A stretch of 64,000 nt of DNA from the human T2T-CHM13v2.0 reference genome, Homo sapiens. The stretch's first letter is position 1; each line of letters opens with the position of its first letter. Location of the stretch: assembly GCF_009914755.1 (NCBI RefSeq), contig NC_060934.1, one strand, 5' to 3'. The notes beneath the pieces are model-generated. The model had not been told where the DNA came from, did not search any database, and worked only from the letters and a program-made list of their open reading frames with translations. Position numbers and translations under genes: made by a program. Positions 26,048-38,924 of the stretch are shown here, in pieces.

Positions 26048-27617
26048 ATTCGATGCTATCCCCAACAAGCTACCACTGACTTTCTTCACAGAATTGGAAA
26101 AAACTACTTTAAACTTCATATGGAAACAAAAAAGAGCCTGCATAGCCAAGACAATCCTGGGCAAGAAGAACAAAGCTGGAGGCATCACACTACCTGACTT
26201 CAAACTATACTACAATGCTTCAGTAACCAAAACATCATGGTACTGGTACCAAAACAGATATATAGACCAAAGGAACAGAACGCAGACCTCAGAAATAACA
26301 CCACACAGCTACAACCATCTGATCTGTGAGAAACCTGACACACACAAGTAAGAGGGAAAAGATTCCCTATTTAAAAAATGGTGTTGGGAAAACTGGCTAG
26401 CCATATGCAGAAAACTGAAACTGAACCCCTTCCTTACACCTGTTATGAAAATCAACTAAAGATGGATCAAAGACTTACACATAAGACCTAGGACCATAAA
26501 AATCCTAGAAGAAAACCTGGGCAATACCATTCAGGACATAGACATGGGCAAAGATTTCATATCTAAAACACCAAAAGCAATGGCTACAAAAGCCAAAGTT
26601 GACAAATGGGATCTAATTAAACCAAAGAGTTTCTGCACAGCAAAAGAAACTATCATCAGAGTGTACAGGCAACCTACAGAATGGGATAAAATTTTTGCAA
26701 CCTATCCATCTGACAAAGGGCTAATATCCAGAATCTACAAAGAACTTAAATAAATTTACAGGAAAAAAAAAACAATCCCATCAAAAAATGGGCAAAGGAT
26801 ATGAACAGACACTTGTCAAAAGAAGACATTTATGCAGCCAACAGACAGAAGAAAAAATGCTCATCATCACTGGTCATCAGAGAAATGCAAATCAAAACCA
26901 CAATGAGATACCATCTCACGCCAGTTAGAATGGCGATCATTAAAAAGTCAAGAAACAACAGATGCTGGAGAGGTTGTGGAAAAATACGAATGCTTTTACA
27001 CTGTTCATGGGAGTGTAAATTAGTTCAACCATTGTGGAAGACAGTGTGGTGATTCCTCAAGGATCTAGAACTGGAAATACCATTTGACCCAGCAATCCCA
27101 TTACTGGGTATATACCCAAAGGATTATAAATCATTCCATGATAAAGACACATTCACATGCATGTTTATTGTGGCACTATTCACAATAGCAAAGACTTGGA
27201 ACCAACCCACATGTCCATCAGTGATAGACTGGATTAAGAAAATGTGGCACATATACACCATGGAATACTATACAGCCATAAAAAGGATGAGTTCATGTCC
27301 TTTGCAGGGACATGGATGAAGCTGGAAATCATCATTCTCAGCAAACTATCACAAGGTCAGAAAACCAAACACCACACGTTCTCACTCATAAGTGGGAGTT
27401 GAACAATAAGAACACATGGACACAGGGAGGGGAACATCACACACTGGGGCCTGTTGGGAGGTGGGGGTCTAGGGGAGGGATAACATTAGGAGAAATACCT
27501 AATGTAGGTGACAGTTTTATGGGTGCAGCAAACCACCAGGGCACACGTATACCTATGTCACAAACCTGTACGTTCTGCACATGTAACCCAGAACTTAAAG
27601 TACAATTAAAAAAAAAA
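26048..27617 (+). mobile_element. 5'-truncated L1PA7/8-type LINE (ORF2 C-terminus, 3' UTR, poly-A)
   Basis: Broken ORF2 peptides ([34 protein letters not shown]). G-rich 3' UTR and poly-A. TSD aatttctag at 26039-26047 and 27618-27626. Confidence 0.95.
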
Positions 27618-28474
27618 AATTTCTAGTAGCGTGGCTCTGCTGACGATGATGAATTCTTTCTGCTTCTTTATGTCTAGAAACCTTTTATTTTGCCTTTGTT
27701 TTTGAGATTTTTTTCCAAGGCATAGAATTCTTGGTTGGTAGCTTTTTTATTTTCCCCTTTCTGCTTTTTCTAGATGTTGCTTTGCTGTCTTCCCTCTTGC
27801 ATTATTTTTGACAAGAAGTCATTATCCTTATATGCCTGATAAGTACCCTATGGTTGCTTTTAAAATCTTCTCTTTATCACTGGTTTTGAGTAATTTGATC
27901 ATCATGTGTCTTAGTGTAGTTTTCTTCATGTTCCTTTTGATTGTGGTTCAATAGTTCTTAAATTTGTAGGCTTATAGTTTTTGTCTAATTAGGAAAAATT
28001 TCAGCCATTATTTATTCACATTTTTTGCTGTTATCCTGCTCAATCTACTTAGGGGACTTCATATATTGGGCTGCTTTAAATTGCTTCACAGCTTGTTGAT
28101 CTTTTATTGATTTTTTTCTTTATTTATAATCAACATCATTTCTAATAGATACAAAATATTTCCTCTTATGTTTTCTAATTTGTTTAATTATTTACCTTTT
28201 AGTTGGGCATATAGTTCATTATAGTGTTTTATTTTTCTACTGTAAATATGGCTGGGAAAAACATTTTGGGAGGAATGTGTTCTGATTTTTCAAAAATATA
28301 AATTATCAGATAATTGGTTTTAAAATTCCCTTTACATACTCACAGATTATTTTATAAAGGTGTTTGCTTATTTACCTTTCCATGCAATGTATGAGAATGC
28401 CCATCTCACATAGCCATTACTAGCATTGAGGGCTTCAAAAATTATTTTATTTGAACATTATTTTCCTATGGGAA

Positions 28475-28500
28475 TGTGTGTGTGTGTGTGTGTGTGTGTG
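28475..28500. repeat. (TG)13 microsatellite
   Basis: Read directly from the sequence. Confidence 0.95.
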
Positions 28501-28736
28501 CACCTGTGCATACATGCTTGTGTATGAATGCATGTACATATTATCAGAATGAATAATTTTTTGCTTATTATATTTTTAAAAATGTAAGTTAAGCATGAAA
28601 AATGTAATGAAATACTTGAATAAGAGTAACATTTTATTGCCTCTTGTGTTCCAAATTTATTGATTTTTGACTTGCATTATTTGGCACATGTACCACTGTT
28701 TAAATGACACCTATGTGATACTGTTGTAGAATATAA

Positions 28737-29029
<293 letters not shown>

Positions 29030-29461
29030 AGAGTATAAACTTGTAATATTTTAGGTAAAACATTAGCAACCACTAAATTGACAATTCTACTTATTAAGCT
29101 ACCCTACACATAAGCAGCAGCACAGTTCACAGGCTACTGAAATATGAGGGACTTCTGTTTATCAGACCTCTGTCTGCCACTGCCACGTGGCACCAAGCTC
29201 ACATGCCATTTATAATCTTTGAATTGTGCTATTTTAACCAAAAATTGGACTTTTAAATTATAGCAAATTTAGACAAAAGGTGAGACTTCATTAATGTTTT
29301 ATTACGTTATTTTAAATTATTCAAATGTATGTAAAATGAAACAATCCTCTTATGTAAATTTTGTTTCTCTGTCAATATTTAATTCTCTAATTCCTGCTTC
29401 ATGCCTTATTTCAATGGGTAGAGCTTGTGAGTAAATATTGAATAATGGCAGTGATAGAAGG

Positions 29462-29821
29462 TGTCTCCATTTGGGCTCCTGTAACAGAATACCATAGGCT
29501 TGGAGGCTTATAAACAGCAGAAGTTTCTTTCTCACAGTTCTAGAGACTGAAAGTTCAAGATCAAGGTGTCTACAGATTCAATGTCTGCTGAGGACTTGCA
29601 TTCTGGTTCATAGATGGCCATCTTCTCACTGTGACCTCATGTGGTGGAAGGGGCAATAAATTTCTTCAGGGTCTCTTTTATAAGGGCATTAGCCCCATTC
29701 ATGAGGAATCCACCCTCATGACTTAATGACCCCCCAACGCCCCACCTCCGAATATCATCATCTTGAGGGTTAGGTTTCCATATTTAAATATTGGAGGGAC
29801 ACAAACATTTAGTCTGTAGCA
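29462..29821 (-). mobile_element. MLT1A0-type MaLR solo LTR
   Basis: 360 bp, tg...ca ends. Perfect TSD gaagg at 29457-29461 and 29822-29826. Confidence 0.9.
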
Positions 29822-30339
29822 GAAGGCCTCCTAATTTAGTTTCCAATTTTATTGAGAATGCCTGTAGTTTTTAGATATTGGGAATAGATCCTTGCTTTTC
29901 TGGACAGAAATATAATTTATATAACTTTATTGACTTGATACATTTATTAATAGGTTTTCTAGTGTTAAAGTGTCTACATTCCTGAGTAAACCTAGTTGGT
30001 TTTACAAGATCATTTGGTTACTACCCTGCTGATATTTTTTTTGCTAGTGTTTTCTAATGACATTTAGCTTTATTTTTAAATACGTTATTCCCCTTTTTCT
30101 TTGTTAGTTTTTGACAGTAGGGTTGTATTATCTTTCTCTAAGAAATCCAGCGGTCTCCCAGATTTTTCTATGCTGTGCATTAGCGTTTTTACATTTAAAA
30201 TTATCATTTCCTTGAAAGTTTGCAACCATTGAAGGCACCGTTAGTGCATTTTCTCCTTACTTCTTAGTTTTGGGCTTATTGGTGTATTCAAAATTTCATC
30301 TCTTTGATATGCTGTTGTTTAACAATTGTTCTCACTGAG

Positions 30340-30733
30340 GGGTTGGGCAAACTTCTCCACCCCACAAGCCATGGGCTTTGTTGTGAACCTTGCTTTGGCC
30401 ATTGGAATGGGAAGAATATTACATATGCCATGTCTACAGAGAGGCTTTGAACATACTTAGGACTTTTAGGTTCACTCTGTGCACATATATTCTTTCCAGG
30501 CGAGGAAAAGTTTCCAGGAAATTGTTACTATTTCAACCTGGAGCCTGGAAGGACAGATGCACAGAGAAGCTGTGAACCCAACCTCTACACCTTGAGCCAA
30601 CCCCAGCTGTATCTTGCCAAGGTCAGCCAACTACAAACCCATGAGAAAGAAACAAATGCTTGATATTGTGAGCCCCTGAAATTTTGTAATTATGTCATGT
30701 GCAGCACTAACACAGAAAAAGCTGATTAATGCA
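30340..30733 (+). mobile_element. Old MLT1 (I/J-like) LTR fragment
   Basis: ttgctttggccattggaatg...aaatgcttgatattgtgagcccctga...gcagcactaa...gctgattaatgca. Confidence 0.6.
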
Positions 30734-30780
30734 TATACCAAGATATTGCTGGCTGATAATTTCACTGAAATCAATTTATT

Positions 30781-30892
30781 TCCCTCCCCTCTTTTTCTTC
30801 TCCTTTCTTCCCTTTCTTCCTTCCTCCTTCCCTCTCTTCTTTCCTACTCTTCTCTCTTTCTTTTCACTTATTCCCTCTTACCTTTCCTTCCT
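30781..30892. repeat. Polypyrimidine (CT-rich) low-complexity tract
   Basis: About 110 nt that is almost purely C/T. Confidence 0.85.
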
Positions 30893-30899
30893 GGAAGCA

Positions 30900-32900
30900 T
30901 TTAAAGCTATGGATTGTTTAAAGTGATATTTTGATTTCTTTGTATTCTAAGTTGTTTGTTATGGTATTTCATTTTCTTTTCTCTTTATCGTAATAATTAT
31001 GAGGTTTTTTTCTCCAAGAGTTTACATTTTTTTGATGGCAGAAGCTTCATTATTAATGTTAAGCTTTAGTGTGTTGTGGTCAGAAAATGTAATCTCTATA
31101 TTTTTTCTTAAATTAAATTTTATTAAACTTTCTTTAGTCAAATTTTATTGAGGTTTTCTTTAGCACTTGAAGATGGTTAATTTTTGTAAATACTGCATGA
31201 CTTTTGGAAAGGCTTATGTGTAAGTTTCTTGTTCAAGTCTCTGACATGCTAGTTTTCCATTTACTCTCTCATGGAATAGGGAAGATGCATGGAGTCTCCC
31301 AGTTGAGGTGTGTTTCTGTCCATTTCAGCTAGACCTACAGCATGGTTTGCTTTTTAATTGCTAGGATATTTTCAGCACCACACGTTTGTATTGCTATACT
31401 GTAACTTTTATCAACATAAAATCATCCTCTTCATGCAGTGAGAAACTTCCTGACTGAAATTATTCTTTGTTCATAAGATTGTCATTTCTGCATTCATTTT
31501 CCCCATCTGTCTTACAGGTGCCTATCCATCTTTTTTATTTTAAACATTCTTTTTCATTTGTTTTAGGTATGTTGGTTGGAGTTTTTTTGTTTTTAATTTA
31601 TCTTTTAAATAATGCAACAGTTTACAATTACTCATTTCTATTCTATAACATGTTTGTCATTTGTATTTCTATTTGTATTTCTGTTCATTATGTCTGTTCT
31701 TTCTTGTTTTTTTTAAAAGATATGGACAGTATGTCTTATTTGCCTTGATTTCCTCAAATGATTTGTAAATTTAAAATTGTGCTAATTTAAAACTTTTTGT
31801 TTAACATAGTTTTATAATATGATTTCTTAATATACTTACTCGAAGGCACTAATAGAACTTATAATACCTTATATATAAAAGCCAAACATTGAGCACCTTT
31901 ACTTTTCCTGCTGCATTTGCCAAATTTCATTAATTTAACATGGATTATAATTTCTTAGAATATAACATTCCTTATTTAGCAAAGCCTCTTTGCATACATT
32001 TTTATAAAATAATTACAAAAACAATTACAAAGACATTAATTAATTTTGATATTTACCACTTGTTCTTTAATCTAATAACTCTCTCTTTTTACGTCCTTAA
32101 TTTTGATTTGTCTCTTGGTTGTCTACATGGCAGAGTCGTGTTTGTAGGTGAAGCACAGTTTCTGGGGGTTCTGCGTGTTCAGTGTGTTGCTCTGAGCCTC
32201 ACCTGAGAACGGCAGCCTGATCCTTGGAGCAGCATCAGCAGGTGTGGCGTCGGCAGGTGTGGTGTCCGCAGGTGCGGTGTCAGCAGTGCCACCTTCCCAC
32301 CCTCGCCAGCGCTGTGCTCACCCTGCTTTTGCTACTGTTCTGTTTTCTTCTTGGAGATACCCATTTTGTGAGTTTGAAAATCTGTGGTCAGTTTTTGTGT
32401 TCTGTCCTATTGTTTTGATTCCCCTTTTCTTATCCCAATTCTGGAATATTTTATCAGTTTCTTCCCCCACCCCCTCAATGATTTCTTTTTGCACCATGGA
32501 GCATGCTCTCAGCCGCATCCAGCGTGGACTTTCATTTGCCATTTTGGTTTTCCTTGCAGTTTCTTCATACTTGTACCTGTTCTGTCTGGTTTATTGTAAC
32601 ATGCTCTTGAATCTATGGGAAACCTGCAGTTGCTGTTCTATGACATATTCTACCTTCCTCTGTTGAAAACATAGTTCAGCAGACTTTTTCTTCCAGATGC
32701 CTAAGACATTATTCTCACACTTCCTGGCTACAGAATTTCACCCTGAGCCACATGTTAAATTTTTGTTTTGTTTTGTTTTTGTTTTTTCAAAGACAAAGGG
32801 ACTGACCCAGGCTCAGGCTAGAAAATCCCGGGGCTGCCAGTTGCTGCTGTGTAGCGTCTTTGACTCACAGGCGGCACTGGCAGGCCTGGTGCCCATGCCC
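30900..32900 (-). mobile_element. Very old L1ME-like fragments
   Basis: T-rich. Motifs such as gtgttgtggtcagaaaatgt and actttt atcaacataaaa resemble antisense L1. Confidence 0.5.
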
Positions 32901-33085
32901 GCTCCACCTCAGGACTCTCACAGACCGTGGCTTTCAAACTGGATCTGTAGCTCCATGGGGGTTCCAGAGGGCTTTTTAGGAACATACAGAAGCATTCTAA
33001 GCTAGAGGATCCTCACCATCCCATTCTACGTACAGCTGTGCCTGTTACGTAGTAGCTTGTACTTGAAACTTTGCTGAAAATGTTT

Positions 33086-33164
33086 GAGACCCACCGCTTC
33101 AGGAAACCCACTGCTTCAGGAAACCCACTGCTTCAGGAAACCCACTGCTTCAGGAAACACACTG
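33086..33164. repeat. 17-bp tandem repeat, about 4.6 copies
   Basis: (gaaacccactgcttcag)n. Confidence 0.92.
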
Positions 33165-33187
33165 AGACTCCTTAGGTGTGCCCATGT

Positions 33188-33459
33188 GGGGACATTGCCT
33201 TTTGCACAGTCAGCAGGATTGCAAGAGGGGACGTCACCCTCTGTACAGCCGGCAGAATTGCGAGAAAGGACACCGCCCTCTGCACAGTCAGCAGACTTGC
33301 AAGAGAGGACATCACCTTTTGCACAGCCGGCAGGATTGCAAGAGGGAACATCACCTTTTGCACAGTCAGCAGGGCTGCAACAGGGACATCACCCCCTGTA
33401 CAGCCGGCAGGGTTGCAAGAGGGGACATTGCCCTTTGCACAGCTGGCTGAATTGCAAAC
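33188..33459. repeat. 39-bp minisatellite, 7 diverged copies
   Basis: ggggacattgccttttgcacagtcagcaggattgcaaga-type units starting at 33188, 33227, 33266, 33305, 33344, 33383 and 33421. Confidence 0.92.
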
Positions 33460-36400
33460 CTCCTGCAACATGGACATGGGGGCCCCATGCAGCCATGCTT
33501 CTGATTTCACTCCATTCTCTCTGCCTGGCTCCCCGGTGAGCACAGCTCCATGGGCAGAGGCTCCCTTCAGCTGCTGGGGAGCGAAAGCGTGGACTCGGGG
33601 GTGAGAGGAGTTCAGAGGGGACGGGAGTGCTCTGACATGAGAATCCTAAGAGCCACCATTTCTTGACTGGCACGCTTTGCTGGTTTGTGTGTGATGGGAT
33701 TCTTGGCAGGGAAGCAGTGGCAGTGAGGGGCTCTTTTTGTTTTCCAGTGAAGGTGGCATGTCATGGACACTGATGTCACTCCTTCAGGTGTCCTTTGATC
33801 TTCTCCTTTTAAACAATACTTGAATCATAACTGAGGGTCATAATAGAAATGATGTCCTCATGTTAGTAGCCTCCCGGTTCCTACTCCAAGGCCTGGGTTC
33901 TTTTCACGAAATGCCTCCTTGGTTCTAGGGTAGATGCAGATTTTTTTCCCCATTTGTGTGTTTTTGTGGTTATTTAAAGGAAGTTAAGAAATATTCCAGT
34001 GCATTTGCTCAGATATCCTTCCCATGGATTTTTTAAAAATCAGGGTGAATTTTAGGTCATTTGAATGTTTTTAAGCATCTTGTGATATCTCTTGGGGATG
34101 GAGAATTCTTGGAGTGTGTGACCTCAGGCTGAGAGGTTGGCCATTCTCCGTGAGGCTGACCTGCAAGGTCACACACATGATGGGATGCCTGACCTGGGTC
34201 AGACCTGTGCTCGGCTCTAGAGGGACATGGACATGTGTGAGGACAATGGGGCCCCTCTGTGGGAGGTGACAGGTGCCACTCGGCACAGCCTGTCAGGAAT
34301 TCCCAAGACAGAGCATCTCCTCCTCCTGTGCAGTGTGGTCATGGAGGCTTTGGTGTCCTTTGCCCGTGGTGGTTGGAGGGAGTGGGCGGGGTGGTCAATA
34401 GGATGGGGAGTGACTCTGAGGATGTACACTAGGTGGAGGGAGTGGGGCTTTGGAGTGGCTGGACCAGGAGGTCCTGTGACCTGCCCAGGGGTATCTCCTG
34501 AGTGTGCCCTCCATGAAGCAACAGCAACACTTACTGGGCATAATTTGCTGCTCCCAGCACCCCTGGAGGCCAGTGCCATGCCCTCCTCACTTTTGGGATA
34601 AGGAAACTGAAGCTACCCAAAGCCACACAGCTGGTCAGCAGGGGGCTGAATGCAGATGAGGCATCCAGCTCCAGGCCCTGAGCTACTGAGGGCGTTACCG
34701 CAGCGGCTTAAGGAACGAGGGCTGGGCTGAGCAGCCGTTTCCATTACTGAAAATCAGGGAAACCGAGAGATCATGCACTGTTCTTCAAGCAAAATGATTA
34801 AAAACCACTTTTGATTTATTCATGGAAAGAGACACAATTTTGTTCTAAGTAGAGGCAATGGGGACTAGAGATTTTCTGTGTGGCCAAAATAACCTCATTT
34901 CTTCATCAAAATGTGTCTCTTCCATTCACTTCCAGACGTGATAATGTTATTACCACCCCTTTAATTTCTCTTACATTTGTCCTTTAAAAAAGGTTTCACT
35001 TTTATTCAGAGTAAAATGAGATGTGCATTTTATTTTGAGAAGCCAACCACCTAGGGTTTAAGCAAGTGCTTGGGAGTGAGGCAAACACTGGCACCTGGGC
35101 AATTATGCCCGCAGCAGAGAGCGCGCCGGCTTTCCTGCAGAAGGCATGATTGGAGAGGTGAGTTTTTACCTATAGTCTTTGCCGTGGTGGTGCGACGTTA
35201 TTACATCTTAGATGGGGCCCCCTGCTGTCTTTGATTAGAATTAGAAGACCATCTTATTTAAGAAGAGGTTGCCTTTTGCATCTTCTCTATGTTGAAATAA
35301 ACTCCAGCTTCTTTGTTGCATAAATGGGCTTTTACTTTGGAACCCATGTGGAAAAGCACTGGACTTTTCCTGGAGAATATTTGGGATATCAGCTTTGTGA
35401 GGCCGCTCGCTGAGCTGGACTGTGGAAAAATGCATAGTGTGAAATGTTATGTCAAGGCTTGCTTTAAATAATTACTGCTATCAAGGCCAAATGGGATTTC
35501 ACCTGAATTAATTAAAGCTACAGGGTCAACACTAGATGCGCTGAAATTATTATTTTCTCACCTTTACCATTCTCTATGGGCATGGAGAGACTCCAATTAG
35601 AGCCTCAGTGAATGGAGGGATTTGTGTCTGTTAAAATTAAGATTGCACAGAACTGGACAAAACATCTGTTAAATTGTGATTAGCCAAATTTCCCAAATTT
35701 CACTTGGACTGGTGCTAAAAGGACACATTTGCCAAATAATGATCAGGACAGATGCTCCAATTACATGATCATATTTGCAAAAACAGTTTATGTAAAGTCA
35801 GGATGTCGTTAGACAAAATGAAAACTAAGTGACACGTGGCCCCGTTTCTCACCGTAGTGAGCGGCAGAAGATTGCTGTAACTTGCCTGGGTCCCTAGAAA
35901 GCATGTTGTATTTTCTGTTCTGAAAACAATATTTTCATTGACCATCGTGGTTTTGATCGAAATCTCCTCAAGAAATTACTACAGACCTGACTGGCATTGT
36001 GAAATAAATGCACAGAAACAAACAGAAATCTCATAACGTTTGAACTATGGGCTCAGCATCCAAGTCTCATGAAATGGGCATCAAGGGAGGCTAATAGCTC
36101 ATGTCAGTGATGCATAACGCCAAATTGCATTTTAACTCAAAACGTTAGCGTGTGCTGGGGCCAACCTACCTGCAGACATTGGAGCTTCCTTCAGTGACAC
36201 CTTCCAGGGGTCTCAGAAAGGAGGTATTTCAGTGGGGTGGTTGATTTGATGCCATTTGTTTCTCAACCCCACCATCACCACAGTGGGAGTGGGAGGCGGT
36301 CGTGAGAGGCTGTGCATGGTCTCAGGCTCAGGGACCCACTCCAGCACTCAGAAGAGGCCCTGGAGCTGCTCCCCTAGGCCTTGGGAGCGTTGATCTCTGT

Positions 36401-37027
36401 CTCCGCCCTGGGACTGAGAATGCACCCCTGTCACCCAGGGTTGTTCAGCGTTGAAAGGACCCCGAGGGAGGATCTCCTGCAGTTGTGCGGGGTCATGGTG
36501 GATCCTTTTGTGGGAAAATGTAAACCACCTGGAAAAGACAAATGTGCTACCAAATTGACTGCAGAGAAGTGTCTCAGCCTGTCTCCATGACAGGTGTGAC
36601 GCTCAGCCACTGTCTCCTGCCACCTGTCAATTTTGCCACAGTCATGGGCGGTTCTGGCAGAGGAAGAAGAGGCCCCCACTGCTGGCCCTGAGACCCACTC
36701 TCTTTCCCCAGTGCCCACGTGCCTGCCATCACTAAACACTGCAGCTCCTTTCTGGGAGACTTCTTCTCCTTGGTAATGCCAATCGGCTCTTGTGACCTGT
36801 TCTCATGGTCATCTTCTAATGGGCTGGAAAAATGGATCCATATGTCCCAACACCTGCCATCCCAGCTTACAGCACTGTGGGGCGATAGTCGCATCTGTTA
36901 TTCTATCAGGAGTATTAAACAGTGCTGTTTCAGGAGGACAGAGTCCTGGAAGCAAAGGGGAACTGGTATAGTAATTGTGACTGGGGAAGAACAGGAAGGC
37001 TTCCTGGAAGAAGTGCCACCTGAGGCT

Positions 37028-37147
37028 GTTTTTGTTGTTTTGTTGTTGTTGTTTTAGAGATGGAGTCTTGTTCTGTTGCCCAGGCTGGAGGCTGGAGTGC
37101 AGTGGCGCAATCTTGGCTCGCTGCAGCCTGAGGCTGGGCTTAAGGGA
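37028..37147 (-). mobile_element. Partial Alu (FLAM/AluJ-like)
   Basis: (ttg)n tail followed by gagatggagtcttgttctgttgccaggctggag...gctgcagcct. Confidence 0.8.
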
Positions 37148-37677
37148 CATCAAGTCCTTCTGCAGCCTTTACCCACACCCCGTTCAAGATGCATCAGAGT
37201 TGTGGTTTTCCTTCCCTCGGCGATATCAGAATTAGATTCTGGCTCACGTTTGATTTTTTAAAAAATAATTTATGCTAAACCAATTTCAAGGGATATGTTT
37301 TAATTAAAGGCATTTGACTACTTTTCAGAAAATGAGAATTAAAGTAAATGTTCAATCCTGAGCTCAGTTGGCTAAGCTAGCCAATTCGGTTTCATGCACT
37401 GTTTCCACAAAGTGCTTAAATTATGATTTAGCTTTACTTGGTGGGCTTTAGGGCTTCTGTGTTAATAAGAATGAAGTCTCGGCTGCGTTTGGAGGTAATT
37501 AGATGGAGAGAAATTACCCGGGCTGTTTTGGCATTGGCCAGATATTTTGAATATGTGTTAAACAATGATAACTTCATCTTAATTTCTGCATTAAGTTAAC
37601 AGGTGATTAATATTATGGATATAAGATTTTGCTTAGTGAAAGAGCGTGGCAACGAGAATTTAGGAAATTCTGAGTCA

Positions 37678-37720
37678 GGAAGGCAGGAAGGAAGGAAGGA
37701 GGAAGGAAGGAAGGAAGGAA
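37678..37720. repeat. (GGAA)n-like purine tract
   Basis: Read directly from the sequence. Confidence 0.85.
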
Positions 37721-38570
37721 CCCAGAAGAACTGCATTGTAGGAGGTTTCTTCCAGGTTGTGGTGGCCTCTGAGGTGCTTGTAAAGTGTTAATCCTTATTT
37801 TGTCCCTGATTTCAGAAGCTTCCTTGACATCTGTGCCTGGGGTTCTGAGAAGCATTCTCATGGGGGCTCCTTCCATTCCATTTGCCCCACCCCAGCCAGA
37901 ATGAGTGCCCTGCCCCTCTCCTCCACTCCACGTTTGCCCCAACACCACCAAATCACTGTAACCCACCTGCCCCAAATTCCCAACTTTGTTATTCCACTCA
38001 TAGCTCCTACACAAATTAAATCGTACTGCTCTGCTCTATTCGGGGGATTCCCTGGGTCATGAGTCTGTGGGAATACCAGGGGGGACTTCATTTTGCGGCA
38101 GCAAAGTGATAAGGAATGACTCCGCCCACTGTGGAATGAGAATTAAACGTGATTATGAAAGACTGGTATGAACATCAGTATGCACACATGTGACCTCGAT
38201 GCACAAATGATTCTGGAATTTGTTTTGCTGCCTCCTGATGGAGGAAGGGTGGACTGTGCAGCCCGTCCTGCGTCATGGAAAGCCCTGCCCAGGCCCATCA
38301 TACATCCTGGGCTCTGGGTACCCTTGTTTTGCAGCAGGGTCCCTGCCCCCGCCCCGCATGCCTTATGCAATTCTGAGTGGGAGGAGAGCTACATTGGAGT
38401 GGGACTTCACACCGATTGCTGAGAATTTCACAATTTCTTTGCCTGCAGGATTTCGTATTTAAAGACGGAGAGTTAATCAAAGATCGATTTGTAGATCTGC
38501 CTCCTGGCTGGGCGGATCTCCACCAGGCTGGAAGTTCGTCTGTGGAAAGCCTAACCTGCCTGTTCTCATT

Positions 38571-38903
38571 TGCTATGGTCTAATGCTTATGTGTCTCCAA
38601 AATTCATGTATTGAAATCCTAATACCCAAAGTGATAGTATTAGTAGGTGGAAAGTGAATTAAGTCAGGATGGCAGACTAATCCGTAGGATTAGTGCCCTT
38701 ATAAAATAGGCACAAGGGAGCCCCACTGTGTGAGGACACACCATCAGTCCTAGGAGCCAGGAAGAGGGACTCCCAGGACCCTGAATCTGCCAACACCTGG
38801 GTTTTGGACTTCCCAGCCTAGAGAACTGTGAGAAATAAATTTCTGTTGTTTATAAGCCACCCAGTCTATGGTATTTTGTTGATAACCTGAACAGACTAAG
38901 ATA
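38571..38903 (+). mobile_element. MLT1A-type MaLR solo LTR
   Basis: tgctatggtct...agaactgtgagaaataaatttctgttgtttataagccacccagtctatggtattttg...gactaagata. TSD tcatt/ccatt. Confidence 0.88.
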
Positions 38904-38924
38904 CCATTTTCATAGGAATGATGT

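Larger units (their letters stand above)
23008..28110 (-). mobile_element. Old L1M (MD/ME-like) LINE fragments, interrupted by THE1C and L1PA7/8
   Basis: 3' end ctttattgaggtataattga. T-rich antisense ORF2 and ORF1-like segments. Confidence 0.8.

Noticed and set aside
26094-27052. L1 ORF2-like ORFs as a functional gene or active element
   Set aside because: The element is 5'-truncated, lacks the endonuclease and reverse-transcriptase core, and has stops and frameshifts.
38449-38583. Protein-like segment DFVFKDGELIKDRFVDLPPGW after a good acceptor
   Set aside because: There is no clear donor, it runs into an LTR and a stop, and I recognise no homologue.
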